The notes under the pieces are model-generated. The model ran no database searches, was not told the origin of the DNA, and saw only the letters and a list, made by a program, of their open reading frames with translations. This document shows, one piece after another, positions 10,520 to 19,909 of a stretch of DNA of 32,000 nt (position 1 is its first letter; every line of letters begins with the position of its first letter). Source of the DNA: Ignicoccus islandicus DSM 13165 (lineage in GTDB: Archaea > Thermoproteota > Thermoprotei_A > Sulfolobales > Ignicoccaceae); assembly GCF_001481685.1 (NCBI RefSeq), contig NZ_CP006867.1, forward strand, positions 450,001 through 482,000, in the 5' to 3' direction. A program made the translations under genes and the position numbers.

Positions 10520-11567
10520 ATCGTGTACTAAGTGCGATCAATGCGCTGAACAGTGTCCTTGGTACCCCGCCTTTAAGCCTAGTGAAAGAGTAAAAGGAGA
10601 ACTAGAAGCGGTAATGCATTGCACTATGTGTGGTAGATGCGTACTAGCTTGTCCCCTAAGCGTACCAGTACACAAAAGGGTCTACGATTTGAGGGTCGAA
10701 GAAAATATTCTAGATAAAGAGTTAATAGAAATAAGAGAAAAATCTGAGGCCATCGGACATACGTTCGGAGTCAAGTGGTCTCCCGTCGTAAATAGGCTCA
10801 AGAACATGGGATACCGTGTTGATGAACCGGCCGAGTGGCTGTTCGTTCCATCGGCCTTCGACTCGTTACCCCAGTCATTTAACGATCTACTCTCTGAAGT
10901 ATGGTTACTCGAAAAGCTAGGTTACGATTTCACCCTCAGTTCCGTGATAGCAGAAGGGTTTGGAAACTTCATTTTCGATATGGCCGATATAGATTACTTC
11001 AAGAAGAAGGCGAAGCTACTATCAAAAATCGTTCGAGAGCTAGGGGTAAAGGGAATAATAATAGGGGAGTGTGGGGCCGACTACAAGGTCTGGCCTAGGT
11101 TACATTTATATATAGGTGAGAAAATCGATTTCGAAACGTTATTGTTTCCTCAAGCGATATATAGGAAGTTAGAGAAAGTGAGACCCGTCAGGAAGGTAAA
11201 GGGAATTGTTTCCTATCACGACCCTTGCGGACTGAGTAGGTACAACTTCGTGATCGATGAGCCAAGAGCAATACTTAAGAAAGTGTGTGAGAACTTCGTC
11301 GAAAGACCTCCTAAAGGGAAGAGACAGACGTGTTGCGGAGGCGGTGGAGGAGTATCTTTTTCGAGGAGGCTCGTTAACGATGCAATAAAGTTTATAGGTC
11401 CAAAGAAGGTCGAACAATTTAAAGGGGTAGATATAGTAGTTACTTCTTGTGCCAAGTGTAAGAGCATGCTCATGACTTACTCCCTCAGACTCAAAGGAGG
11501 GTTTAGAGTTCACAGGTTAAGTTACGTCGTGGCTTGGAGCATGGGATTAGAGGTTCCTCGGCCGTAA
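10476..11567 (+). CDS. 4Fe-4S / CCG-domain oxidoreductase (HdrD/GlpC/DsrK-like)
   Basis: CTKCDQCAEQCP and CTMCGRCVLACP clusters, IGECGADYK, YHDPCGLSRYN, TCCGGGGG; GTG start. Confidence 0.88.
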   Translation: MLFELTKLLYKLSYKSCTKCDQCAEQCPWYPAFKPSERVKGELEAVMHCTMCGRCVLACPLSVPVHKRVYDLRVEENILDKELIEIREKSEAIGHTFGVKWSPVVNRLKNMGYRVDEPAEWLFVPSAFDSLPQSFNDLLSEVWLLEKLGYDFTLSSVIAEGFGNFIFDMADIDYFKKKAKLLSKIVRELGVKGIIIGECGADYKVWPRLHLYIGEKIDFETLLFPQAIYRKLEKVRPVRKVKGIVSYHDPCGLSRYNFVIDEPRAILKKVCENFVERPPKGKRQTCCGGGGGVSFSRRLVNDAIKFIGPKKVEQFKGVDIVVTSCAKCKSMLMTYSLRLKGGFRVHRLSYVVAWSMGLEVPRP

Positions 11568-11606
11568 TTAGTTAAAACTATATCGGTGAGAGATTACCTT
11601 CGTAGT

Positions 11607-14249
11607 TTAAGTGTAGAGACCCTCGGAGTCATCCTCTCCGCTCATCGATCCCCTCGCATAGCTCACCCTCTCCTCATAGGATCGGGAACTTATCTTCATT
11701 AAGACCATCTCTCGGAGCCTCTGTAGGAGCTTTCTCTTGTCCTCCATTAAAACTACGTCGCTATAGGAATTAGCAACTATCACGTGCGCAAAGGGGCTTG
11801 GTACGTCTAGTGGACCAACGACCTCGATCTTCACTTCGCCCGAATGTATCCTCCTAACCGTCTCCTCAGCCGCGTCGATATTCATGTAGTCTTCGAGAAT
11901 TTCCCTGAGCGTTTCCTTGTAAACGGGAAAGTCCTTTATTTCCCTTACGACCTTAATGAGATGCTGTGCAGAGAGTTGTAGTCTCTCCGGACTCTTTTCC
12001 CTTCCCATGTACCTTTTCAGTATCATGAAGGAACGTTGAGCGCTATGTCTAAATCTCCTCTTGAAGAGCTCAGTTCTTTCCACGGCCTCTTCAACTAATT
12101 TCCTCAAGTTCTCTGGCGTAACCGCCGTCACTATTTGCATTGGGTCTAAAGATATATCGCCGGGAACGGTGAGCATGAAGCCGTAATCTGTAACAGTGAC
12201 GCTGACGTTAGTACCAGTAATTCGCCCTAACGCATAGGCATACGCCCTAGATAAAGCATCTATTCCTCTCCTACCTATTAAGTAATGGAAAATATAGTTC
12301 GTTCTCTCTGGCTCCTTCCATATCTCTATTAAATAAGTTGAGTCGCCCGGAACCACCCCTACGTAGCTCAGTTGCTCCCTTACGTATTCGAGGAGGGCCT
12401 TGGCAGCGTGGGGTTCCAGGTAATATTCTCTAATTAATTCTTCTTCGGTCATATTGGGTAACTTCTCCCTGAACTTAGCCATCTCTCTAGCTGAGTCGTA
12501 AGCTAAAGGTAGCATTTCGCTAAACCAAGCGGGAACAGTTGGTCTTTCGCTGGGCGCGGGTTCAACGAATATCTTCATACCGTTTGAATAAAGATACTTG
12601 TACGTCTTTCCGCTTAAGACGAACACGTCGCCGGGAACGAGGTTCTGTACAAATAGCTCCTCTACGTGTCCGAGGAGCCTCTTGGATTTCGCTTCGTAGA
12701 CCTTTACCTTACTTTCATCTGGTATAGTTCCCGCGTTCATCATGAATATCATTCTGGCTTGACGCTTCCTCTGGAGGACGTTCCTCTCCTTATCCCAGTA
12801 AAGCTTCGCGTAAACCTTCTCATCTTCTAGATTATATTCGCCCGCCAAGTATTTAATTACCGAGATGAAGTCGTTCCACTCCAACTCCCAATATGGATAA
12901 GCCCTCTTAGTGATTTCAAAGGCCTTTTCAAGCTCTATCTCACCATGTTCTATTGTAAGAGCAACTATGTGTTGGGCTAAGACGTCCAAGGGATTTCTCG
13001 GGATCCTAACTCTGTCTATCTTTCTCTCTAGGGCTAACTTAACCAGAACGGTGTTTTCCATGAGATCGTCTCTGTCGACTACAATTACCCTCCCCTTGGA
13101 AACCGCGTCTATCCTGTGTCCAGCTCTACCAACCCTCTGAAGGAGTCTGCTGACGCTTTTCGGGCTCGAAAGCAATACCACTAAGTCTACGTGGCCGATG
13201 TCTATACCCATTTCCAATGAGGTAGAGGTTACCACTACCTTCAATTCGCCTCTCTTCAACTTCTCCTCAACTTCCAATCTGACCTCTCGAGAGAGGGAAG
13301 AGTGATGTGCCTCTACCTTGTCTCCTAAACCTTCCTTCTCGAGGACTTGCTTGAGCTTAAACGCGACTTTCTCCGTTGAGTGTCTAGTATTCGTGAAAAC
13401 TATTACGCTTCTATGTTCCTTAACTAATTGAGCTAACTTCTCATATATAGCTCTGTTCAATTCGTCCGCGGAAGCGTTAACTATGTCTTCTACGGGACAA
13501 ATTACCCTTAGGTCTATGGGCTTGGCGAAGCGAGCGTCTACTATCCACACGTCCCTATCTTTCCCTACAAGGAACTTGGCAACGGTCTCCAAAGGGTGAA
13601 TTGTAGCTGAGAGCCCTATCCTAGTGAACTCTCCCGCCTTTAAGGCCAATCTCTCTAAAGTCAAGCTTAAGTGAGTACCTCTTTTACTAGAGGCCATTTC
13701 GTGGATTTCATCTACTATAACGAATTCTACCCCAGATAGCTTCTCGCTGAACTTCGTAGACGCAAGAGATATTGCCAAACTCTCAGGCGTGGTAATGAGA
13801 ATGTGAGGAGGTTTCCTTAATTGCTTCTGCTTCTCAGATGGAGGAGTGTCGCTTGACCTTATGCCTATTCTGATCTCTTGGGCTTCTATTCCCATTTCCC
13901 TCATTACTTGGGAAATGCCTTCCAATGGTTCCAAGAGGTTCCTCTTCATATCGTTGCCTAGTGCCCTAAGTGGGGAAACGTAAACCACATACACCTTATC
14001 CTCTAACTTTCCCTTAACGGCCTTTTCAAGCAAGTAATCTAATATACCTAGGAAAGCAGCTAAGGTCTTCCCAGTCCCGGTAGGGGAGGATATTAGGACG
14101 TTCTCATTTCTCTTTATTAGGCTTATGGCGCCTCTCTGAGGCGGGCTGAGTTCCTTGAACTTCCTTCTAAACCATTCCCTAACGTAAGGCTGGAGGGAAT
14201 TGAGTACTTCTTCGCTGGAGGGGAGTTCCTCCAGGACTCTTACTGACAT
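11607..14249 (-). CDS. lhr: Lhr-family large ATP-dependent helicase
   Basis: SPTGTGKTLAA (Walker A), VDEIHEM (Walker B), GLSATIHP, LLQRVGRAGHR (motif VI), 880 aa with Lhr C-terminal extension. Confidence 0.93.
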   Translation of the reverse strand: MSVRVLEELPSSEEVLNSLQPYVREWFRRKFKELSPPQRGAISLIKRNENVLISSPTGTGKTLAAFLGILDYLLEKAVKGKLEDKVYVVYVSPLRALGNDMKRNLLEPLEGISQVMREMGIEAQEIRIGIRSSDTPPSEKQKQLRKPPHILITTPESLAISLASTKFSEKLSGVEFVIVDEIHEMASSKRGTHLSLTLERLALKAGEFTRIGLSATIHPLETVAKFLVGKDRDVWIVDARFAKPIDLRVICPVEDIVNASADELNRAIYEKLAQLVKEHRSVIVFTNTRHSTEKVAFKLKQVLEKEGLGDKVEAHHSSLSREVRLEVEEKLKRGELKVVVTSTSLEMGIDIGHVDLVVLLSSPKSVSRLLQRVGRAGHRIDAVSKGRVIVVDRDDLMENTVLVKLALERKIDRVRIPRNPLDVLAQHIVALTIEHGEIELEKAFEITKRAYPYWELEWNDFISVIKYLAGEYNLEDEKVYAKLYWDKERNVLQRKRQARMIFMMNAGTIPDESKVKVYEAKSKRLLGHVEELFVQNLVPGDVFVLSGKTYKYLYSNGMKIFVEPAPSERPTVPAWFSEMLPLAYDSAREMAKFREKLPNMTEEELIREYYLEPHAAKALLEYVREQLSYVGVVPGDSTYLIEIWKEPERTNYIFHYLIGRRGIDALSRAYAYALGRITGTNVSVTVTDYGFMLTVPGDISLDPMQIVTAVTPENLRKLVEEAVERTELFKRRFRHSAQRSFMILKRYMGREKSPERLQLSAQHLIKVVREIKDFPVYKETLREILEDYMNIDAAEETVRRIHSGEVKIEVVGPLDVPSPFAHVIVANSYSDVVLMEDKRKLLQRLREMVLMKISSRSYEERVSYARGSMSGEDDSEGLYT

Positions 14250-14299
14250 TTGAGACCCGAGCTAGTAAACGCCCGAAAGTTACACTAAAAATTAGACCT

Positions 14300-15793
14300 C
14301 TATTTGTGAAGACAATCGTAAGATAGGTACGTCTTGCTAGAAGTTTGCGTTCCATGACCCATTAGTCCTCCGACCTTCGGCACGATGACGACTGAATAGC
14401 ATATTTTATCGCCGTAATCCTTGACGAGCATGGTTAGGCTAGTTCCTTCAACTGGAACCTTTCCTATGAGTAGCTCTATCCCGCCGACGTTACTATTTAA
14501 TACCACGTCGTTTGACGTTAAGTTTCCTAGAGCTAATACGTGGTACTTCTTACCGTTAATTTCAACTACGCCTTGAATCCACGCGTAGCTCTGAGAGAGC
14601 ATTCCTAATGGTATTTCCTTCTTCCAACCGTCATTACCTACGAACAGTAACGTGAATCCCTTGGGACCTAACGCTATCAAACTTACTGAATTTATGTACC
14701 CCTTACCTTCGAAGTCGCCCATTCCTAGTAAGCTGTATAGCCCTGGAACGACTGCCGTTACGTTCTTCTTAGTAATCATATCAACGAGATTCAAAAGGAA
14801 CGCGTGCAAGTCTTGAGTAGCTCTCTGTATATAGAGTAAGTAAGGCTCGCTTACGCCGAATTCCTTTTCTAGGAACATTGGACCTTGAGTCGTTATTTGG
14901 AGCGAGGGTATTTGCAAGCTCATCTTAGTTTCTCCTTGCTTCCCCTTGTACCAGTAATGGATAACGGGTATTCCGGAGGTGGCGTACATGCCTATGCATC
15001 CGTCTCCGTTCATTGCGTCTGGTAGTACGTTAGCCGCACTAACGTTACCGAAGTCAAAGAAGTACTCGGAGACCTTCTTACCTCCATCGCTCATATTGTA
15101 GTAAGCACACGAACCATAGGTATCGTTGCCCTCTTTCCAAGTCTTCACGTTCCAAGCGTATACTTTCCCTTCCTTCACGTAATACGACAACATGCCGGAC
15201 GCGTTTAGCTCGTAAAGCTTCTCTAGTTTACTTCCATAGAGAGCATATAGGGTGTTATTTATTTGAACGAGGAGCTTGCCATTGTAAGTCTGATAGCTCA
15301 TGCTTCTAGGATCCATTATTGGTATCATTTCAGAAGTTAAATCGATGGAACCTATGGCCTTACCTCCCTTGTACGTTATCAATTTGTTTGCGCCGGTATT
15401 AGTCTTCAAGACTAAGAAGAAGGTCCCGTCCTCGTCAGGAGGCGTTAGGGGAGATGCTAACGTAACGTTTTCAAGCTCTTCGAATTCCTTCAACTTCAAT
15501 CTTAAGACGATCTCCTTAACCTTGGTTTGACCTTGTACTTTCGTTAGGGGTTGCATTGATCCTTGTTCCACGCTCTTTGTGAGTTCTTCAGTAGTTGCAG
15601 TTGCAGTGTGAGCAGTGGTCGTAGTTGTCTGGGTATTAGTTGTTGTTTGAACCGATCCGGTAGCTTTCGAGTGACCTCCAAGGAGTAAGATGCCTATCCC
15701 TATTATCGCTATAACTACTATCACTACTGAAACTATCATTAGCAACTTGTTTCCTTTCTGAAGTTTCTCAATGTTTATTTTCTCGTTGCTCAA
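14300..15793 (-). CDS. Membrane-anchored extracytoplasmic hypothetical protein
   Basis: N-terminal TM segment LLMIVSVVIVVIAIIGIGILLLGG followed by a Thr-rich linker (TTNTQTTTTTAHTATATT) and a large soluble domain. Confidence 0.7.
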   Translation of the reverse strand: MSNEKINIEKLQKGNKLLMIVSVVIVVIAIIGIGILLLGGHSKATGSVQTTTNTQTTTTTAHTATATTEELTKSVEQGSMQPLTKVQGQTKVKEIVLRLKLKEFEELENVTLASPLTPPDEDGTFFLVLKTNTGANKLITYKGGKAIGSIDLTSEMIPIMDPRSMSYQTYNGKLLVQINNTLYALYGSKLEKLYELNASGMLSYYVKEGKVYAWNVKTWKEGNDTYGSCAYYNMSDGGKKVSEYFFDFGNVSAANVLPDAMNGDGCIGMYATSGIPVIHYWYKGKQGETKMSLQIPSLQITTQGPMFLEKEFGVSEPYLLYIQRATQDLHAFLLNLVDMITKKNVTAVVPGLYSLLGMGDFEGKGYINSVSLIALGPKGFTLLFVGNDGWKKEIPLGMLSQSYAWIQGVVEINGKKYHVLALGNLTSNDVVLNSNVGGIELLIGKVPVEGTSLTMLVKDYGDKICYSVVIVPKVGGLMGHGTQTSSKTYLSYDCLHK

Positions 15794-16269
15794 AGCGTAA
15801 ATTCACCCCCATGAGGCGTAAACCCATATCACGGCATTTTAACTATCATGAGATCTTATACGAAATACTTTACCGTTCTTATCTGTTCAATCAATTTACC
15901 TATTTCCCTAAACAAGAACTCGAAACGTATTCAATTGACTTCAAAGTTATTCAGAGTCATAGAGTTTTCACCATCCCATGGTGAATCCCCATCTCCACCT
16001 CTTGTCCAAATTCATTTTTCCATTTACTCACAATTAATTCCATCATTTCCTCAACCTTAACCATTTGAATTCAGAAACAATGGTCTCCTTAAGAACCTTC
16101 AGTTTCTACCAGCCTTCCCAATTGTTAATTCCATTTCAATTAAATCATTCAACATCGTATTTGCAAAAGCAAATGCAATTTACCAATCCAGAGGTTATAC
16201 CATCAGTACGAGGTCCTTTCAAGATCGATCTTTACAATGAGAAGTTGCATTGAGGGGTTAATAAGCGAT

Positions 16270-16450
16270 CATGAGAACCTTGATGATCATGGGGATTTCT
16301 ACTCTAACCTACCTTATACAAGCATATGCATGCATATATTGGACAACTACTTGAGTTTAAGTTCTGGAAGGGAAGGTGTGAATGTGGAAAGGTAAATGAG
16401 GGGAAAGGGTTAAAAGGTGAGAAAGAGGTTGTTTAAATAGGAGGGCAACG
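16270..16450 (+). promoter_or_regulatory. Candidate CRISPR leader
   Basis: Non-coding DNA immediately beside the uniform-repeat end of the array; TATA-like CTTATACA at 16313-16320, 14-nt palindrome at 16324-16337, purine-rich tract up to repeat 1. Confidence 0.6.
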
Positions 16451-17462
16451 GTAGAGATCCAATAGGGAATAGAAAGCGTTATACTACTCATGTACACTTT
16501 TATGCTTAACTGTGTAGAGATCCAATAGGGAATAGAAAGGCCAAGGCTCTGGCGGGTACACGATATATCTCGATTTTGTTGTAGAGATCCAATAGGGAAT
16601 AGAAAGATCATTAGCAACCAGTTTGGTAATGACGACCAACTTAAGGTAGAGATCCAATAGGGAATAGAAAGACTCCGCTTTGAAGCGTCATACGGAGTCT
16701 GGAGCATCGCGTAGAGATCCAATAGGGAATAGAAAGGCTTCCCCATTAATGTTCAACCACTACATTAGTGAAATAGTGGGTAGAGATCCAATAGGGAATA
16801 GAAAGACATTATTAGCTTTAGCTTCTCCGGAACTTCTCCGAGAACAGTAGAGATCCAATAGGGAATAGAAAGGAGGCCTCCCTCCATTGCGGTCGATACG
16901 TTTCTTTAGTCCTGTAGAGATCCAATAGGGAATAGAAAGTCGACTATCCTGATGCCGACCCTAACTTGAACTTTGACCCGAGTAGAGATCCAATAGGGAA
17001 TAGAAAGTTTTCGCTGAGTTTTGGTAATATCTCGACGTCAATGGGGTCGTAGAGATCCAATAGGGAATAGAAAGTCCAGTTTGTCACCAGTTTCTTTACC
17101 ATCAACGATTGTAGAGATCCAATAGGGAATAGAAAGTACTTGGCGAGCTCCCACAGAAGCTCAACGAAGTGTAGAGATCCAATAGGGAATAGAAAGCCTT
17201 TAAGCCAATTTCAGGAGCTTTGTTATCTCCTTTTTGTAGAGATCCAATAGGGAATAGAAAGTTTTCTTCCCTCCCCGCCCCCCTAGACAGAGAAATAGCG
17301 TAGAGACCCAATAGGGAATAGAAAGCATGTTAAACCAACTACACAACATATTTAAACAAGTGAAGGAAGTAGAGACCCAATAGGGAATAGAAAGGCGCTT
17401 AAGTGAGATACTGAAGGTCAAGAAGTTGCTGGATGAGTAGAGGTCCAATATGGAATAGGGAG
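16451..17462 (+). CRISPR. CRISPR array: 16 repeat units (26 nt) and 15 spacers (34-43 nt)
   Basis: Repeat GTAGAGATCCAATAGGGAATAGAAAG starts at 16451, 16514, 16581, 16646, 16711, 16780, 16847, 16914, 16982, 17049, 17111, 17171, 17236; variant GTAGAGACCC... at 17300 and 17369; degenerate GTAGAGGTCCAATATGGAATAGGGAG at 17437. Confidence 0.99.
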
Positions 17463-17483
17463 TACAGAATATGATATAAGAAA

Positions 17484-18272
17484 TTAAAAAGAGGCAGAAA
17501 GTACGTATCTGTAAAGTTCCTGAGGATTCACATTGTTTAGCCAACTGTATTTACTCAGAAATTCATCTACGTCGTATCCCCTTTCTCGGAGAGATAGTCT
17601 AATGTACTTAGAGGGGGTTTGAGGCGTATCCCTCAATTCTCCTCTGTATAAGAACGCCGCTAAGCTATCTGCCAAGCTAATCAACCCGCTCATGACATAA
17701 GAGAGCTTCAAGTAGTAAGGGCCCATTTGGTAAACGTCTCTATTAACGAAGTTTTGTAGTACGTCTCTCGCAGAATATCCTCCGATTGACCAGTAGTCCT
17801 TGCTCTCGGGCGACTCTATTCTCAAGACTTTCCATAATTTCATTCTCTCTAATCCAATAGCTTTGTAGATGGATCTCTCATCGAGTAAGCACTCGCTAAC
17901 CATCCTCATAGCATGGTGGTGGTTGAGAACCGAGTACTCAATTACCATCCAATCGTTTCGTTCAAGCCCTAGTTCCTTGTACACCTTGTTATACTCCATT
18001 TCCTTAAGTATTAGGAACGAAAGGACCTCGTGGCACTTGAAGCTGACCTTATCGTCTCCTTTAACGTACCTCTCGTAGCTTCTCTCATTGGCCTTACCTA
18101 AGTCATGAAAGAGCGCGCTTAGGGTCGCTATCTTAAGGACAGTAGATCTCTCCTTTTGGAGATACTCGAGTTCTCGTTCGAATACCCTAAGTGTAATGAA
18201 GGCCGTCCTGAGTAAGTGATCCTCTAGTGGTTCAACTCGATTGCCTTCAGCGTAAGCTATTGGCCATACCAT
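17484..18272 (-). CDS. cas3'': Cas3'' HD-domain nuclease (type I-A). The ORF track extends to 18374; the ATG of MVWPIAYAEG at 18272 is a more likely start
   Basis: FHDLGKANER and HHHA HD-superfamily signatures; next to a Cas3 helicase; the start at 18272 gives a short overlap with the upstream helicase. Confidence 0.85.
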   Translation of the reverse strand: MVWPIAYAEGNRVEPLEDHLLRTAFITLRVFERELEYLQKERSTVLKIATLSALFHDLGKANERSYERYVKGDDKVSFKCHEVLSFLILKEMEYNKVYKELGLERNDWMVIEYSVLNHHHAMRMVSECLLDERSIYKAIGLERMKLWKVLRIESPESKDYWSIGGYSARDVLQNFVNRDVYQMGPYYLKLSYVMSGLISLADSLAAFLYRGELRDTPQTPSKYIRLSLRERGYDVDEFLSKYSWLNNVNPQELYRYVLSASF

Positions 18273-19909
18273 TGACCTACACCCAACCCAATGCCTTTTA
18301 CGTATAAGTCCTCGCCGTGGAAGGTTGCGAAGAGGGCATTGTTCTTCCTTAAGAACTCGTAATATCCGCGACACTCATTGCCCTTCACAGAGTTCTCGAA
18401 TTCCTTCACGTCCACCCATTTGGCCTCTCGATCGTCGCCCCGATGGAAGGTGACGAGGAGCTTTCCATCTCGCGCAAACACGTGTAGGTTAGCTAGGAAC
18501 CAGCTCAAGGAAGTCTCAACGAAGTCGTTATCGTCAACTTCAATGCTAATTAAATTGGTGTCCCTAACGAAGCTACAGTAATTCTTCAGCGTTTCCAATA
18601 TATCTTCCACATTAGGGAACGGTTTTTGCATGAGTAGTTCGAACAAACTCCTATATTGACTCGAACTGAAAACACTCCCTTCAACCTTCTCAATTAAGTT
18701 AAGATAGCTTATTCCGCCTTCGTTATCCAATAGCCTCCACTGGATTGAATTAAGCTCGAGGGCGGACCTAATAAATTCCATTGATTCATTCAAGGTTGCT
18801 TGTTCGTAAGGATAGGGTTGCTTCGCATTTGTAATTATTACCTTGGCCTCGTCGCACATCCTAAGCCTACAGAGTCTCCCGGCCCTCTGGGCGAGGGAAC
18901 TGGGGGGCGCTACTTCGGTAACCAAGGTAGTCGCGTCCACGTCCACGCCGGCCTCAATTACTTGAGTGGAAATGACTACCCGCGCGGATTCTATTTTCGT
19001 AACGGCGTTTGCTTTATCGTTAGAGCTAAGCCTGCCGTGAACCAGTACCACGTCCTTCGGGTTCAAGCGCTTACTTAAGATTTGGTAAATCTCGAAGGCC
19101 TTGTTTACTGTATTGGATACTACTAAGAGCTTGCCTCTATAGGCCTCATCGAGTAAGCTCTCTACGTTCTCTTTTACATACTTACCTATAGGATCGCTAA
19201 CTAATTCGGTTCGCCATTTTATAGATAGCTGGGAATGGTAGTAATCTGAATCCCTGAACCTAACGACCTTGTTTCCGAGTTTCTCGTAACAGTTATTGCA
19301 AACTACTACGGCCCTTCCGGTCTTCCTCATCACTTTTTTCAAGAACTTGGAAGGAAGGGTCGCTGTTGCAACTACGAAGGGAACCTTGAACTCGTTCATC
19401 GTTTCGAGCGAGGCGAACAAGAACTCGCGACTTCGGCTCTCCTCCCTCTCCCAAGTTTCCCCAATTAAGTGAACTTCATCTAAGAGAATTAGGGAGGTGA
19501 ACAAGTTCGCTCTTGGATATTCGTAATGACCGTAACTCCACTTCCTTAGAACGAAGGGTAATTCGGGGGGAGGCAATCTGTTTATAGTTAAGGAGAAGTA
19601 GTCTATGGTAGCCGTTACGAACTCTCCCGACATGTAAGGACACTTCCCCTCAACTGGGAGCCCTGAGGCGTGGCATGGCTCCAAGCCCACGGTTCGGAGG
19701 TAATTCATTTGGGATTGAACCAAGCTCCTTAGGGGAAAGACGTGAACGGTCCTAGGTAAGTTCCATTCCTCTTCGAGGCGCTTCTTTAAATAAGGAGTTC
19801 CCTTGCTCTTACCGTATCCCGTAGGGGCCACGAAGACAGCACTCCCATCGCTTAGCAAGGTCTCGAGAATTTCATCGTATGCCCTTCTATAGAAGGGTTT
19901 TAGGGCCAA
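18257..19909 (-). CDS. cas3': Cas3' DExH helicase (type I-A). The ORF track extends to 20089; the likely start is the TTG near 19909
   Basis: VAPTGYGKSKG (Walker A), LLDEVHLIGE (DEVH), VATATLPS, STQVIEAGVDVDA, LAQRAGRLCR motifs. Confidence 0.93.
   Translation of the reverse strand: MALKPFYRRAYDEILETLLSDGSAVFVAPTGYGKSKGTPYLKKRLEEEWNLPRTVHVFPLRSLVQSQMNYLRTVGLEPCHASGLPVEGKCPYMSGEFVTATIDYFSLTINRLPPPELPFVLRKWSYGHYEYPRANLFTSLILLDEVHLIGETWEREESRSREFLFASLETMNEFKVPFVVATATLPSKFLKKVMRKTGRAVVVCNNCYEKLGNKVVRFRDSDYYHSQLSIKWRTELVSDPIGKYVKENVESLLDEAYRGKLLVVSNTVNKAFEIYQILSKRLNPKDVVLVHGRLSSNDKANAVTKIESARVVISTQVIEAGVDVDATTLVTEVAPPSSLAQRAGRLCRLRMCDEAKVIITNAKQPYPYEQATLNESMEFIRSALELNSIQWRLLDNEGGISYLNLIEKVEGSVFSSSQYRSLFELLMQKPFPNVEDILETLKNYCSFVRDTNLISIEVDDNDFVETSLSWFLANLHVFARDGKLLVTFHRGDDREAKWVDVKEFENSVKGNECRGYYEFLRKNNALFATFHGEDLYVKGIGLGVGQWYGQ

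Noticed and set aside
16159-16174. Small inverted repeat ATTTGC-AAAA-GCAAAT upstream of the array
   Set aside because: Only a 6-bp AT-rich stem; expected by chance in this AT-rich intergenic region.
15848-16253. Two small plus-strand ORFs (70 and 62 aa) between the membrane-anchored protein gene and the CRISPR leader
   Set aside because: AT/pyrimidine-rich translation with no coherent domain; more likely non-coding leader-flanking DNA.
16275-16300. Possible C/D box sRNA around TTGATGATCATGG
   Set aside because: Contains a C-box-like TGATGA but the upstream purine is missing and no convincing D/D' box (CTGA) at proper spacing was found.
16451-17462. Possibility that spacers target other sequence in this window
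   Set aside because: I saw no obvious spacer match to the rest of the window by eye, but cannot exclude partial matches. A BLASTN of the 15 spacers against the genome and viral databases is required.
16357-17544. Minus-strand ORFs 16357-16746, 17102-17311 and 17200-17544 with recurring peptides such as LSIPYWIST / FYSLLDLY
   Set aside because: These peptides are translations of the reverse complement of the CRISPR repeats (CTTTCTATTCCCTATTGGATCTCTAC); they are artefacts of the array, not genes.
18800-19078. Plus-strand 92-aa ORF within the cas3' helicase
   Set aside because: Antisense to well-supported helicase motifs; no independent evidence of coding.
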